From: Aplysia californica
Taxonomy: Eukaryota
Direction of reading: 5' to 3'
NCBI RefSeq assembly: GCF_000002075.1
Contig: NW_004797754.1
Span: 303,530 to 367,529 of the forward strand
DNA length: 64,000 nucleotides
The notes beneath the pieces were generated by a model. The model searched no databases. It worked only from the letters and a program-made list of their open reading frames with translations, and was not told the origin of the DNA. The position numbers and the translations under genes are program-made. Positions 38,356 to 50,565 of the stretch are shown one piece after another; the first letter of the stretch is position 1, and the number at the start of each line of letters is the position of its first letter.

Positions 38356-38941
38356 ATCATCATCATCATTGCCTTTCTCACCTGCACCTGGGTATAGGCC
38401 ACGGACGAACACTTTCCACCTTTCTCTATCCTGGGCTAGCCTCTTGATGTTATTCCATGTCTTCCCACTTTTCTATACTTTAATTTCTGTGATTCTTCTC
38501 CAGGTTCCACGCGGCCTTCCCCTCGATCTTTTACCCTGTGTATTCCAATCCAACACTTTCTTTGTTATGCAGCTGCCGTCTAATCCATCGCCACCGCCTT
38601 CCTCCTATCTCATCTCTGACTGGGATCTGATTGTTTTCCTTAACGCTTCCTCCTCATTGGTGACCCTGTCTGTCCATCTGACCCTCAGTAACTTTCTTAG
38701 ACACTTTTTCAAGAAAACCTGGATCCTCTTTATGCAAATCTGTGATGCGTTCCATGTCTCACATCCATACAACAGGACTGACTTCACATTTGAATTGAAA
38801 ATCCTCAGTTTTGTTCGAAGTGAGATATCTCTGGTCTTCCAAATCCTTTCCAAAGATATGAAAGCAGCCTGTGCTTTTCCAATGCGAGACTTTATTTCAG
38901 CACCTGTTCCTCCCTCTATGTCAATTATACTCCCAAAATAG
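38356..38941 (-). mobile_element. RTE-clade LINE 3' fragment
   Basis: YFGSIIDIEGGTGAEIKSRIGKAQAAF...TKLRIFNSNVKSVLLYGCETW; (ATG)n tail; long TSD. Confidence 0.92.
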
Positions 38942-38985
38942 TCAACTTGCACTAAAATCAAACTGTTCAAAATCAAACTGTGCTC

Positions 38986-39398
38986 AACCCCCTGGGGCAG
39001 TGCCTCTGACTGAAGTGTCTTTAGGCCATTCCCAAAGGGGGGACATATCTCGTTCAAGCATAGCAGAATTGTAAATGGGCTGACTCATGTCACGCTCCTA
39101 ACTGTGCCTGATCTACAACAGGGAACTGCTGCTTTTTCTTTCCTGGTCCTTACTATTGTCATTTTCCCCTACTTCTTTTGTATATTTGTCACGCCCTTGT
39201 GACCTGCTATTTTGGGGTGCCTTGATAGTCGAAGCAGACGTTGTGCTGTTGAAGCTAGAGAGGTGAGCAGAGTAAGTGTGATTCCCTGTAAAGACTTCTC
39301 TGTTGACACCCAACCCTTGGCGCTCATATGACCTTATGCAGTTGCGAGCGCCGTAAAACCCTCTACTATAAAAAAATTTTAAAGAAATATATATATAT
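38986..39398 (+). mobile_element. SINE family C
   Basis: TSD AAACTGTGCTCA; family A-like core and shared tail. Confidence 0.82.
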
Positions 39399-39444
39399 AA
39401 ACTGTGCTCATGTGTTCATGAACCTCTTTTTTTTTTTTGAATAG

Positions 39445-39608
39445 AGAAAAGTCGAACCAGATTGACAACCTTACAACAGAGAAGAACAGCGTCACTCGAG
39501 ACCTGCATTCGTGCAAACAGAAAGCCTGTGAACTACAGGACCAGCTCAACAAGATGGAGGCGGACAACACAGAGCTGTGCCAACAGCTTCATCACAAAAT
39601 GGAGTGTA
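39445..39608 (+). CDS. CCDC18: CCDC18 exon r (2-1)
   Basis: ttttgaatAG | EKSNQID...HHKMEC | GTaagt. Confidence 0.9.
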
Positions 39609-39686
39609 GTAAGTTGTTTGTGGCACAAAATCAGTCTATGCTGACAGGCCTCATTGATGCCTTAAAGCAACATTTCTTTACACCCC

Positions 39687-39826
39687 NNNNNNNNNNNNNN
39701 NNNNNNNNNNNNNNNNNNNNNNNNNNNNNNNNNNNNNNNNNNNNNNNNNNNNNNNNNNNNNNNNNNNNNNNNNNNNNNNNNNNNNNNNNNNNNNNNNNNN
39801 NNNNNNNNNNNNNNNNNNNNNNNNNN
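39687..39826. other. Assembly gap
   Basis: Run of N. Confidence 1.
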
Positions 39827-40639
39827 AATTATGCAAATTTAGAAGGCCAAATTATGCACACAAAAAAAAGCAAAATTATGCAACCGTTACCGTAACGCCA
39901 TTTGCGACATGTTTTGCTCTTTTTCAACACGAAGTTTCATGATTTTCATGTTTTATGTACCGAAAAATAGAAAACAGAACTATAGAGATAAGAAGTTTGT
40001 TGTGTATTTGGAAAAGAAAACAATACACATCAGTAAAGATAAAAAAAGCTACCAAAAAATATAATCTCTGTAACTTTCAGCTGTAGATTCTAGATCTAGA
40101 TCTAGATCTATAAAGGAAAGAAAAATGTTCAAAAAAAAAAAAAAAAGGACATCTGAACCTCTGATGCTGGCACATTACTAAAACCAGGGACACCTGTCAA
40201 ACATGAAACATCAGCAGACATGAGAACAACTTTTGATGGATTGAAAAATTCAGAAACAAAATCACAACCCATAACCAAGATCTTCTAACAAAGGAAATAA
40301 CCAACTTTTCACTTAAATGAAACTTTTTACGGTGATTACGTCCCTTTACTCACATGGCGAGGTGTTAATTAATTGTTTTGTTTAAAAAAAGGGAAAAAAC
40401 GTGGAGAATCCAAAATTATGCAAATGTTGCAGAATTATGCGAAAAAACGCGGCCGCACAATCGCATAATCCTACGGGGACAGCTTTCGTGTATGAGTGGT
40501 TGGTGGGTGCTCTGGTTTAGTCTGCCTTCACTGTGATCTTTGTTTTGTACTCTGTTCCTGAAGAGACGTGTACAAATTCGTGCTTGCTTCCTGTCGTTTG
40601 CAATAAGATGATCACTCAACATCTGACCTCTGTCCACAG

Positions 40640-40740
40640 TCAAGGACTTGGAGACAGCTCTCTGTAACAAAGACCATGAGCTCAAGGCTTGCACTAGGTG
40701 CCTTGAAGAGCTGAACAACAAACTGGCAACGTGTTCATCA
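40640..40740 (+). CDS. CCDC18: CCDC18 exon s (1-0)
   Basis: tgtccacAG | KDLETALC...LATCSS | GTgagt. Confidence 0.9.
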
Positions 40741-41924
40741 GTGAGTGCCATTTTGTCCTCTTAAAGCGTATAGATTGCATTTTCCGTCATATTGTACTGT
40801 ACTTTGAGTTAAAAAATTAATTTGAATTTTGTACATTTGCCTGTAGATTTTAATTAAATTAAATGTTGGTTTTTTTGTTTGTTTTGCAGTCATTGTTATT
40901 CCTAAACTTTGCTGAGGAACTAATTTTCTGTCATGTCATTTAAGTGATCTAATGATGTTAATCAAATATACTGACTATTTCACGAAATGGTACTTTTTTT
41001 TTACGAACACATTTTGTATTCTATCCTCCTGGAGAGTTCTTTTTATTTTAAAGACGAAATTACAGGAAGAAAATGGTGCTAACGATTTACCTTTGGCAAA
41101 GCTCGCATATTCTCAATCGCTGGCTGGGTGCAAGAACCCTACAAGTGCCAATTGCCAGCGAAATGAGGCTAAATAAATTTTCAGGATAAAAAATTACTTC
41201 TCTTCTTGTTGCAAAGAAAGTAACTTTATTTTGTATAGAAATGCTAGCCTTTTGTTTGAATTTTGCATGACTAATCGTATTTTATTTCTCCTTTTCCACA
41301 TGTTTTCTAGAACCAGGTGAGGACTTTTTCCATTAGTTTGTATTTGACAGTTTGCCACTACTTTTTTTTCATTTTTTTTCAAGCTATTTGTGTGCTTTTG
41401 TTTTGGCCTTCTGTTTTGAAATTTTCAGTTAATGATTGTTTAAGAACATTGGCGCACCTTTGATTAACCTTTTAATAAGTATCAAAAGTAATTTGAAGTG
41501 TTGTATAAATGTTGTTTGACAAAGACTGGTAATAATTTTAATATTTTAGCATTTTAAAGTCTAATAGTTAACCAACCGTGCAGTGAACTTTTGCGAATGT
41601 AAACAACTTGTGTTTCGCGCGCTCATATAACCTTACGCAGTTGCGAGCGCCGTAAAACCCTATAGTACTACTACAAAGACTGGTAAAGCTTATTATGTTG
41701 TATACAAAATGTACAAACACCTGTTAAATGGCAACTTAAACTGAATACTTTCCAGGCGGCTAGGAATAATATGTACAGGTCTGTTAAGCTAATGAATTTT
41801 TAAGTGCATGCAGTCTGCTTTTTGAACAGGGATACGCGCAATAGATGCATTCTGTTTTTGTTATTATTATTAGTATTATTGTTATTTGTTGTTGTGCTTT
41901 AATTATTTCAATCTATTTTTTGGA

Positions 41925-42445
41925 GGGGCTCTCGTGGTCTAGAGGTTGCGGTGCTTGCCTTTTATTCATTTGGTCACGGGTTTTAAAGCGATGGAAAATT
42001 TTCTTCTCTAAAATGTTCTCCTTTCACCTCCTTCCCAACTCTCTAACCATGTTCTGTCACTTGCTTTCCTCTTCACGTTTTGCGCCCCCCCCCCCCCCCC
42101 CCTCATTTGTTCCTTCCTCTGGGCTTGTGACTTTCTGCAGCCTTTCTACAGCTACTCCTTGGCTCCTTTCTGCTGTCTTTCTGCCACACTCCTGATCTTA
42201 GGGTAGGTAAGATCTACTCCTCGCCTTCTCAGATAAGGACTAAAAATCTCGGAGGTCTTGTATGGAAGTTAGGCACGTTACAGATCTCTTAGTGGCTAAA
42301 ATCGATAAGAGTAGGCGTCCCCCCCCATCCCCCCTCCTCCCACCAGCAAAATTCAAATTAATTCCTACCTAACTGAAACATTTGAATGTGTCTCTGGCGT
42401 TCATATGACCTTATGCAATTGCGTGCACCATCAAACACACACAAA
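41925..42445 (+). mobile_element. tRNA-derived SINE family B with Deu/Nin-like domain and shared tail
   Basis: GGGGCTCTCGTGGTCTAGAGG head; GATAAGGAC...GCACGTTA...AAGAGTAGG...GCAAAATTC; homologous to 52492-53300. Confidence 0.75.
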
Positions 42446-42792
42446 AAATACAACTTCATAACGAAGGTTGCTGTTTTAATTTCGACTCACTATAAAGCAC
42501 TATGTGATAATTCTCTCTCTCATCAGATGATAGAGTTTGGATGTTGTCTTGTATTTCTTTTATATATTTCTATTTTTCTGCAGCATTCATGTTGACTCTA
42601 CACACAACAAGAAATATTTGTGACAAAATGTTGATTGTCATTTTAAAATGATTTTTATCAGAAGATTTTTAAGCATTTTAATCTGATCATTGACCAAAAC
42701 CAAGCTGTGCTGGGAACTGTTGTGCCTGCAACCAACTTGTGTTTTGTGCACTCATATGACCTTAAACATTTGCAAGGGCCATAAAACTCTTA

Positions 42793-43162
42793 CTTAACAA
42801 TCCTAGTGTTGCAATGTCATGTTCTTCGCTGGCTAGGTGCAAGAACCCAACAAGTGCCAATTTGCTGGCTTAACAATCCTAGTGTTGCAATGTCATGTTC
42901 TTCGCTGGCTGGGTGCAAGAACCCAACAAGTGCCAATTTGCTGGCTTAACAATCCTAGTGTTGCAATGTCATGTTCTTCGCTGGCTGGGTGCAAGAACCC
43001 TACAAGTGCCAATTTGCTGGCTGGGTGCAAGAACCCTACAAGTGCCAATTTGCTGGCTGGGTGCAAGAACCCTACAAGTGCCAATTTGCTGGCTGGGTGC
43101 AAGAACCCTACAAGTGCCAATTTGCAAGTTGGCACTTGTAGGGTTCTTGCACCCAGCCAGCG
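42793..43162. repeat. Minisatellite (76-bp x3, then 36-bp units) closed by an inverted copy
   Basis: GCTGGCTGGGTGCAAGAACCCTACAAGTGCCAATTT units; inverted unit 43129-43161; another copy at 41118-41151. Confidence 0.9.
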
Positions 43163-43200
43163 TTAATCTGTTATCACTGGAACTTTTCCTGCTTACCCAG

Positions 43201-43307
43201 GCAGACACCAAAGCAGAGATCAATTGTCTGATGGACAAACTCAAGGCCTGCTGTGACGAGCTGCTCAAGAAAAACCGACTGCTCTGCGAATGTGAGGAAG
43301 CCCTGAA
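43201..43307 (+). CDS. CCDC18: CCDC18 exon t (0-2)
   Basis: cttacccAG | ADTKAEINC...CEEALK | GTacgt. Confidence 0.9.
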
Positions 43308-43752
43308 GTACGTACTGATGTCTCTTGTTGCATTGTTGTGCCTGTTATGTGTACAATTTATACATCTTTTAACTCACTGAGCCCTAGCCAGTCTGGAATC
43401 CTTATGATTTCCATTGTACTGGCCATTTTCATACTTTTTTCCAAAAAAATTCTCAGGAATGTAAGTTAAGTACTGGTACTTTTTTTTATTGGAGTATGGT
43501 CCTATTTTTTCCCCTTCAAAGTTCATATTTTAACCCTTTCAATGTCAAATAAAAGGATCATGGACTGTAGGTGAAAGACATGTCTTTTTTTACCTCCACA
43601 ACTCCTCTAATCTTCGGCCATTATACAATCTAATTGTATTGCAAGTGCTGTAAAACTCTTTGTTAAGACAAAGCCTAATCTTGGATATGACAACACACCT
43701 GAGATCGGTCTGTGTCCAGTATGTGTATGTGTGTGTTTATGTGTGTCAACAG

Positions 43753-43852
43753 GCATTGCCAGACAGAAGTTCAGGCAAAATGTGAGGAAATACAGGGACT
43801 CAACTGTCAGTTGGAGGAGGTCAACTGCAAACTGCAGGAGAGGATTGTGAAG
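43753..43852 (+). CDS. CCDC18: CCDC18 exon u (2-0)
   Basis: gtcaacAG | HCQTEVQ...QERIVK | GTaggg. Confidence 0.9.
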
Positions 43853-44686
43853 GTAGGGCAGAGCAGAACCTAGCAATTCAAAGTTAATAGTGAAGTGCTT
43901 ACCAACTGCGAAATGTATCCTCTAGCACTGCAGGACACACAGAATTTCGAGACAGGAAATGTGACCAACCCTATTAAGACAACAGAAGACTATATGGACC
44001 AACAAAAAAACCGAGTTGGACGACTATGTGATGGATACCAGACTTCAAGTGTGATGTGATGAAGAAGAAGAAGAAAAATGCTTACCTATATTCATTTTTC
44101 ACCCCTCAAGGCCCATAAGACTTTGCAATAATTCCCTTGGCTGACCAATATATTCTAAGTTATTTTTTCAGTGGAGTTTGTTGGATGTTTACTGCTGCTC
44201 TTCGCATTATTAAAAAGGCCGAGAGATAGAAATGGTTAAAAATCATTTTCCTTTTTTTTATTATCAAAGTGATCAATTTATACCTACTGGAAAAGTTCGG
44301 GCTCTAGTGTTGTTTTTTGGGCTCTCTGATGTATTTGCTCCTTCTGCTTCTGTTTGGTATTGTCATTTTCCTTACCTGTTCCTTGCAAAATGCTGGTGGT
44401 TGGAGATTGGCTCTTGTAGCTCCTGCTTTATTAGCCCTTTATTTTTTTTGTTAGTCCATGTTGCTCTGTGCTAGCACAACGTGACCCTAACACTTCAATG
44501 TTTTTTTCTTTGACTCTGGACTAAAGAACTCAAATCTAGTAGTAGAATGTGGCCTTAAACTAAAACAGGGCAACTGTTTATCTATTTCTGTTGCACCTGC
44601 GAAATGTAGCAGTTATTCTGCTACCTCGTTATGAGAGTCAGTGTTGGAGATTCTCCCAATGTGCAGTGTCTTCTTTGTGTTAGACA

Positions 44687-44862
44687 TGGGTGGTTGGCGG
44701 GTACTCTGTGTGGTTTGCTTCTTCTTTCCTATCAAACATCTATCGTCAATATTTCCCTTCCTTCCTTTTTGTGTTTGTTACACTCTTGTAACACCCCTAA
44801 TCTCCGGCACTTATATGACCTTATTGTGTTGCAAGTGCCGTAAAACTTTTACTAATACTAAC
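44687..44862 (+). mobile_element. SINE family A abutting exon v acceptor
   Basis: Flanked by CTTTGTGTYAG direct repeats. Confidence 0.88.
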
Positions 44863-44873
44863 CTTTGTGTCAG

Positions 44874-44990
44874 GTCGAGGAACTGGAGAAAGCCATTGAG
44901 GCTTTGCATAAAGAAACTGACAAGCGAATGAAGCGTGTGGATGAGCAGCTACGTCGCTATGAGTGTGAGCTCACAGACAAAGTCAGACAG
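44874..44990 (+). CDS. CCDC18: CCDC18 exon v (0-0)
   Basis: ctttgtgtcAG | VEELEKA...TDKVRQ | GTgaaa. Confidence 0.9.
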
Positions 44991-46154
44991 GTGAAAAGAG
45001 TTACCTCTGACCTTAGCCTATAACGCTATTTCCCCAGTAGGAAGAACATTTCTGTTCCTGTGGGAAATAGGAATAATTTCTCTGTGTTATCTTTTTTGTT
45101 ATTGTTAATGATACTTACTTTACTTACTTTATACTATATTCTTCCGCTTGAACCGGTGGGTGTGGCGGGGAGATAAAGGCCTCTTTCTGAAGCAAGGCGA
45201 GTGGCCTGGAGGAGGAACATCCCGTGAGCTCTGAGGGTGTCTGCTACAGATTGTTATTGATGAGTTATGAAAATTTCCACACTTAGGTTGCCTAGTTTGT
45301 TGGGTGCTGTTGATCAGTACTCCGATGTTAAAAACTGCCAGGCAAACTCATTTGAACATGTGAGGGTCACTACCATGTACGATTAAGGCCTGTCCCACCC
45401 TACACCTTGTTTTGAAAATAACTGCCTGACCTGAGGAAGGGGGGCATAACACTGTATGAGAGAAAACTTGCAATAGAAATTACCTGCAAAAGTAACCAGT
45501 TATGATAAAAATGCCAAGTAAACTGCAAAAGTCAGTACATGGACTGGATTTGTTTCTAGGCCTACATCTCCATTTTCTGGTTGATGAAGGGTGGTCCACT
45601 GATCAGTTGTAGTTCTAGTTTCCTTTTCGTCTGTGACCAATTTGACAACTAGATCTCAGTCCACATGAATGTCTGACTGCTGTGAACTATTATCAAAGAA
45701 GATTGAAATTGGCCATGAGTGACTGCATAAGAATATAATTTTGAAGTAATATTTTGTTTGTATTTCAATTTTATGTGTCAAATATATCCTATCAATTACC
45801 CACTCACTGGGTTTTTCAAATAGCACGGTCAATGTACATAACTGTGAAAATATAATATGCTTCTCTGTTACTTCCAGGATTGTTGTTGTAGTCAACTTTG
45901 TCTTACCTCCACTTTTGTTTCCTATCTAATTTGACTTGCAAAGTAAACACTTGCCGTGCTGTGCTACGAACTAATGTGAAAATAGCAAACTTGTTTCTTG
46001 TGCACTCATTTGACCTCATGCAGTTGAGAGGGCTGTAAATCTTACCAAGCGATTCTATCTAAAAAGTCAGTCTAGGACAAATGGGAAAAAAAGCAAACAT
46101 AATGTGGGACACTATCAAATGTAAACTGAACTGCTTTTTCCACTTTGTGAACAG

Positions 46155-46298
46155 CTAACTGACTTAGATGAGTGTCTGAATCGGTGCCAGCACAACTTGA
46201 ACGAGAAGACCAACGAATGTTGCCAGTTGGAACAGAGGAACAACCGCCTCTGCGGAGACATGCAGACTCTTTCCTGCAAACTCAGGGACATGGAGGAG
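46155..46298 (+). CDS. CCDC18: CCDC18 exon w (0-0)
   Basis: gtgaacAG | LTDLDEC...LRDMEE | GTaact. Confidence 0.9.
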
Positions 46299-46652
46299 GT
46301 AACTTCGCAGCTACTCACAGGCTCTCCCCCTCCCCCCTTCCCCCCAATGAGAATAGAGAGTATTTTAGTATTCCATGGGGATTTTTACCCTTTCACTCAA
46401 AGGGATTTGAGCTCATGTAATTTAGCCATTCTCCCCTTCGTTGTAAGACAATATAACCTCATATTGTGTGAAAAGTGTACGATTTAAGTCTCTTTTTAAA
46501 TGTTCTTATTGTGTGCCTACCACATATCTCTTTCTACATATCTCTTTCATGGAAATTACAGTTATTAATTTTTTTTTTCAGAAAATTGTTCAAATATTTT
46601 TTTATGTTCTTTTTGGGTTGAACATAAGTTCTGATTTTTTTGTCTTTTCTAG

Positions 46653-46732
46653 CAACGCGATTGTTGTGGCAAACAGTTGAGCGAGTCCAAGGCTGAGAAT
46701 GCAGAGATCACTCAGGAATTGCGAGTCACACG
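46653..46732 (+). CDS. CCDC18: CCDC18 exon x (0-2)
   Basis: ttttctAG | QRDCCGK...ELRVTR | GTacat. Confidence 0.88.
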
Positions 46733-47526
46733 GTACATTATCTTGGGTGTAAATGTCTGAGGAAGTGCTCTTTATTTTCAGCAATAAGTACCTTGCACTG
46801 AACTCTGTGTGCTACTCCTTGTGTCTGTGGTGGTCCATGAGTGCTCTGATTGGGTCTGCTTCAACCAGATTTTGATTGCGTTTGGTGTCAACAGTATATT
46901 CAAGAAATTTGGCAGCAATTTAGGGGCCTCCAATGGCTGAGTGGCTTGCAAGCTCTGGCTCTGAAACAATGTCAAACAATGTTGGTGACAGCATTTAGAT
47001 GGTTGGTCACTTGGGTGTGTTCATGAACAAGACAAGATAACCCGAGCAAAGAAACATGTGCTGCGCAATGGTGACTAGCAATGACATGTTTGTATAATTG
47101 ACTTATTGGTGGGGGTATATTGTGTATTATGTGACATTTTTGTAAACTCTGAATTATTTTATATGTGCATTGTACTTGCTTTTGTAACCCAAATTCCCCA
47201 ATGGGATCAATAGAAGTGGTATTTAAAAAATATTTTCATCTTCCCAACTTACTGTGAACTACAAATCAACAGCTTCTGTTCTGGGAAAAAATGTGGTCAT
47301 TGTTGTAGACTATTTCAAGTTAATAAAATAATATTCACCTACTGGTTAAAAAAAATTGTGTGTCAATCCGCTGAATTGCCATTGAAAGCAGCTGCTACTG
47401 AGAAACCATTTCTTGTTGCATGGCTTAAACTGTCCATAAGGTGTAAAGAATGCTTTTTAGAAGCAAAAAATATGCGCTTTCACTGATTAACTCAGCAAAA
47501 GCTCTAACACACTTCTGATATCCCAG

Positions 47527-47644
47527 GGAGGAGCTGCAGACACAGCACCAAGAGCTGGTGGAAACGCGGCAGGCGCTGACGTGCTGTAACCGCGAGGTGG
47601 AGAAAGCACGGCGGGAGATTGATGAGCTCAATAATATATTCGAG
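47527..47644 (+). CDS. CCDC18: CCDC18 exon y (2-0)
   Basis: atcccAG | EELQTQH...NNIFE | GTcagc. Confidence 0.9.
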
Positions 47645-48638
47645 GTCAGCCCGGCAATGATTGTGTGTGTGTGGGTGTCCCCTTTATTTGAAAACATGTT
47701 CTTAACTGTGGATGAAACATTATTTTGTGGCACTGTCCCTGTATCAAGGTTTTGTTTATGTTCTTAACGTTTAATTTCTTGAATACTTTTTTATCCTGAT
47801 ATATGAAAATATCCTTGCTTGGTTTTTATTTATTTATTTATATATTATTTATTTATTATTTATTTGTTGGGTTGTTGGGTTTTTTTATTTGTTGTTTTTT
47901 TTGGTTTTCTTTTCTTTTCTTTTCTTTTCTTTAGTTTTATTTTTTTTATTTTGGGTTTTTTTATTTTTTTAGGAAAAAAGGAAGGGGGGCGTTGCCTCAT
48001 TTGCATGTGCGTCAACATAATCAACAGTTTTTCACAAGCTTCTTCACTATTGACATCCATAATAAGCTCATTTCACACTTCATCGACTGTACAGGATCGC
48101 TTTACCATCATTCAAACTATTCAAACCAACTAACCTACATTCAAATGAGCACTGACTAAATGGCTTGAGAGTTATTCTATTGAAGTGCTCTCCCAGCATT
48201 ATTTCTGCAAGAGAAACCACTGGTAAAAACAAAATGGGTTAGTTTTGGAGATATCATTCCAAATGGGGAATCCCTGTGTGCATGCAGTTTAGGACAAATT
48301 ATGAGAAAGGGAAATCCCTGGATGTGGTATGAATTGTGTTAAAATTCAGAAATCATGATGACCTTGTTGATAATTGGAACATTTTGAGTTTTTCAGGTAT
48401 CGCCATCTTATTGCCCCTTGCTGACTTCAATCTTATGTCTGTTAAATATTTTGTGTTTAATCGAGATATAGTCTCTTTTGTAGGGTTTCAGCCTGATCAG
48501 TTTGTTTCTTGTGGTGACCATTCTGCAATCAAGTCAAATTTGGTTACATATGTCTTGCTGTCATCGATTTTCAGAGCACATCTATTTTTTAATACGTAAA
48601 ATTTTGGTTTACGTCAATCTTCTTTGGATCTTCTCCAG

Positions 48639-48782
48639 AAAAAAGAATGTGAGATGAAACAGCTTTGTGAAGATAAGAACTGCCTGCTGAATAAGATAGC
48701 TCATCTGCAGTGTCGTATGGAGTCTGAAGCAGCTCAAGCGGCACAACAGATGGCTGACCTCAAGTGTCTCATGGAGAAAGAG
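48639..48782 (+). CDS. CCDC18: CCDC18 exon z (0-0)
   Basis: ttctccAG | KKECEMK...CLMEKE | GTtaga. Confidence 0.9.
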
Positions 48783-49682
48783 GTTAGAGGTCACAGGTCT
48801 TGTTTGTCATGGGTTTTCATGGCTCTTTTTGAGGGAACACAAATGATTAGTGGCACACATTGATCAGCTTTTGATATAGCCTTGAATCTCAGTACTATGT
48901 TTTTATCCAACTTTGAGCATCGGACCAAGCAAATTCTAATGGGATGAATGGCTTATGTGAAGGATTTATTTAAATAATTATGTGATAGGAAGTGCAGCCT
49001 CACCAGAGAAGGGCAGCTGCCTTTGGTCCCTGTGTATTGTGGTCACCTTGAATGGCAATGGTTGCCTTTAACATACCATGAGAATAACTATGTATGGCAA
49101 TTTGTAGTTTTATTTCAAACATATTGTGAAAGAACCTCCATACACCGCTTTGAAAAGGGACGAATGATTATATTCTTACACTGAGTAGTCAATTCGTAGA
49201 TTAGAGGTCCCATGGGTTGACAGAATTAATATACTAGTCCAGACATTGATGGTGAAGCATATGGTGAAGTCTCTGCAGAGATTATATACATAGACAAAAT
49301 GGTTCTTTCCCCTATTTGAGATACTAGTAGTAGTAGTAGTATAGGGTTTTACGGTTTTTTGAGATACTAATACAAAATGAAGTTCTAAAGAATACTGTTG
49401 GCTCCTGATACTATTTTTTGTTAGTGGCATGTCTTGCATCAAAAAGTTGAAATAAAGATTTTCCTATAAGAATTTTTCTTTGAGATATGAAATGGTAAGA
49501 TGATGACTTAATTTTGCACCTTTGATCCATAAATAATTAAAGCGAACACATTTTCTTGATATTCCTGTTTAAGTCATTCAAGCAATGACATAAAGAAAAA
49601 ATTAGGGTTTTTTAATATTCAGAATGAAAATCTGAAATTGTCTCCCTGGCCCTTACTGTGAAATCTGTGCTATCTGTGCACC

Positions 49683-49930
49683 CATATGTGAGGCATTGTG
49701 AGGAAATCAGGTGCTCGTCAAAATGAAATGCGAAGAAATTTGCATTTTTCTGTTCGTTTGGCAATTTTTAAGAAAAATTTTTGTTTTTGACTCAACACTT
49801 TTCATGTCCTTTTAAAAACACATTTCTGTGTGGATTTTACTGAAAAATGTTGATTTAAGGCACAGAAATGTAAATTTGCAGCTTCTAAGGGCTCTCAGTC
49901 TTTGAAAGTCGTCAAACTTTGGCAGAGTAG
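49683..49930 (+). mobile_element. MITE family M, partial
   Basis: catatgtgaggcattgtgaggaaatcaggtgctcgtcaaa. Confidence 0.7.
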
Positions 49931-50017
49931 GAAGTGGTTGTTTGTACAGGGCTTGTTTTGGATAGATGGTTGTTAGGTTCTCCTGTATGTTTTATTTTGT
50001 TCTATATTATCGTCTAG

Positions 50018-50230
50018 ATGGAGAGCATGCGGTTGTGTGTGACGGAAGTGGAGGAGAAAAACTCTTGCTTGATGCAGAAGTTGACCACTACCCAGCGGCA
50101 GCTGCAGCAGGTGGAGAAGTGTTGCCACCAGAAGTTAGACAGCCTCAACCGCGAACTTGAGGATCTGCTTAATCGCCTGGCGGACAGAGAGGACCAGATC
50201 GCCGCTTGCAAGGATTGCATCAACATGAAG
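50018..50230 (+). CDS. CCDC18: CCDC18 exon aa (0-0)
   Basis: cgtctAG | MESMRLC...DCINMK | GTttgt. Confidence 0.92.
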
Positions 50231-50565
50231 GTTTGTACTTTGTTGTGTGGTACTGTTATACGTGGTAGAACTGCAGACATGCCTGTCAATTCAGCTAGGT
50301 CCCATCGGAGATTGTTGTTAAACTCAAGAGGTCCCTCCTCATGAATAACGTTGTATTGTTGAAGTGGTTGTTAAAACTATGCAATGACAATGAGATGTGC
50401 ACTTGGTGCATAAGGTTAAAGTCACATAACTGGGGGCTCCAGTATGAGAATAGTCAGTGAACTCGGGCTTACAAATAGTGTCAAGCAACAGTGAGGAAAC
50501 AGCACTTAGGTGGGTGGTCTCTAGGGTGTGATCTTTAGCCAAATACGGAACCTGGAGAGGTTGGT

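Noticed and set aside
42793-43162. CRISPR-like array of 36-bp repeats
   Set aside because: No unique spacers, no cas genes, eukaryotic intron; it is a minisatellite.
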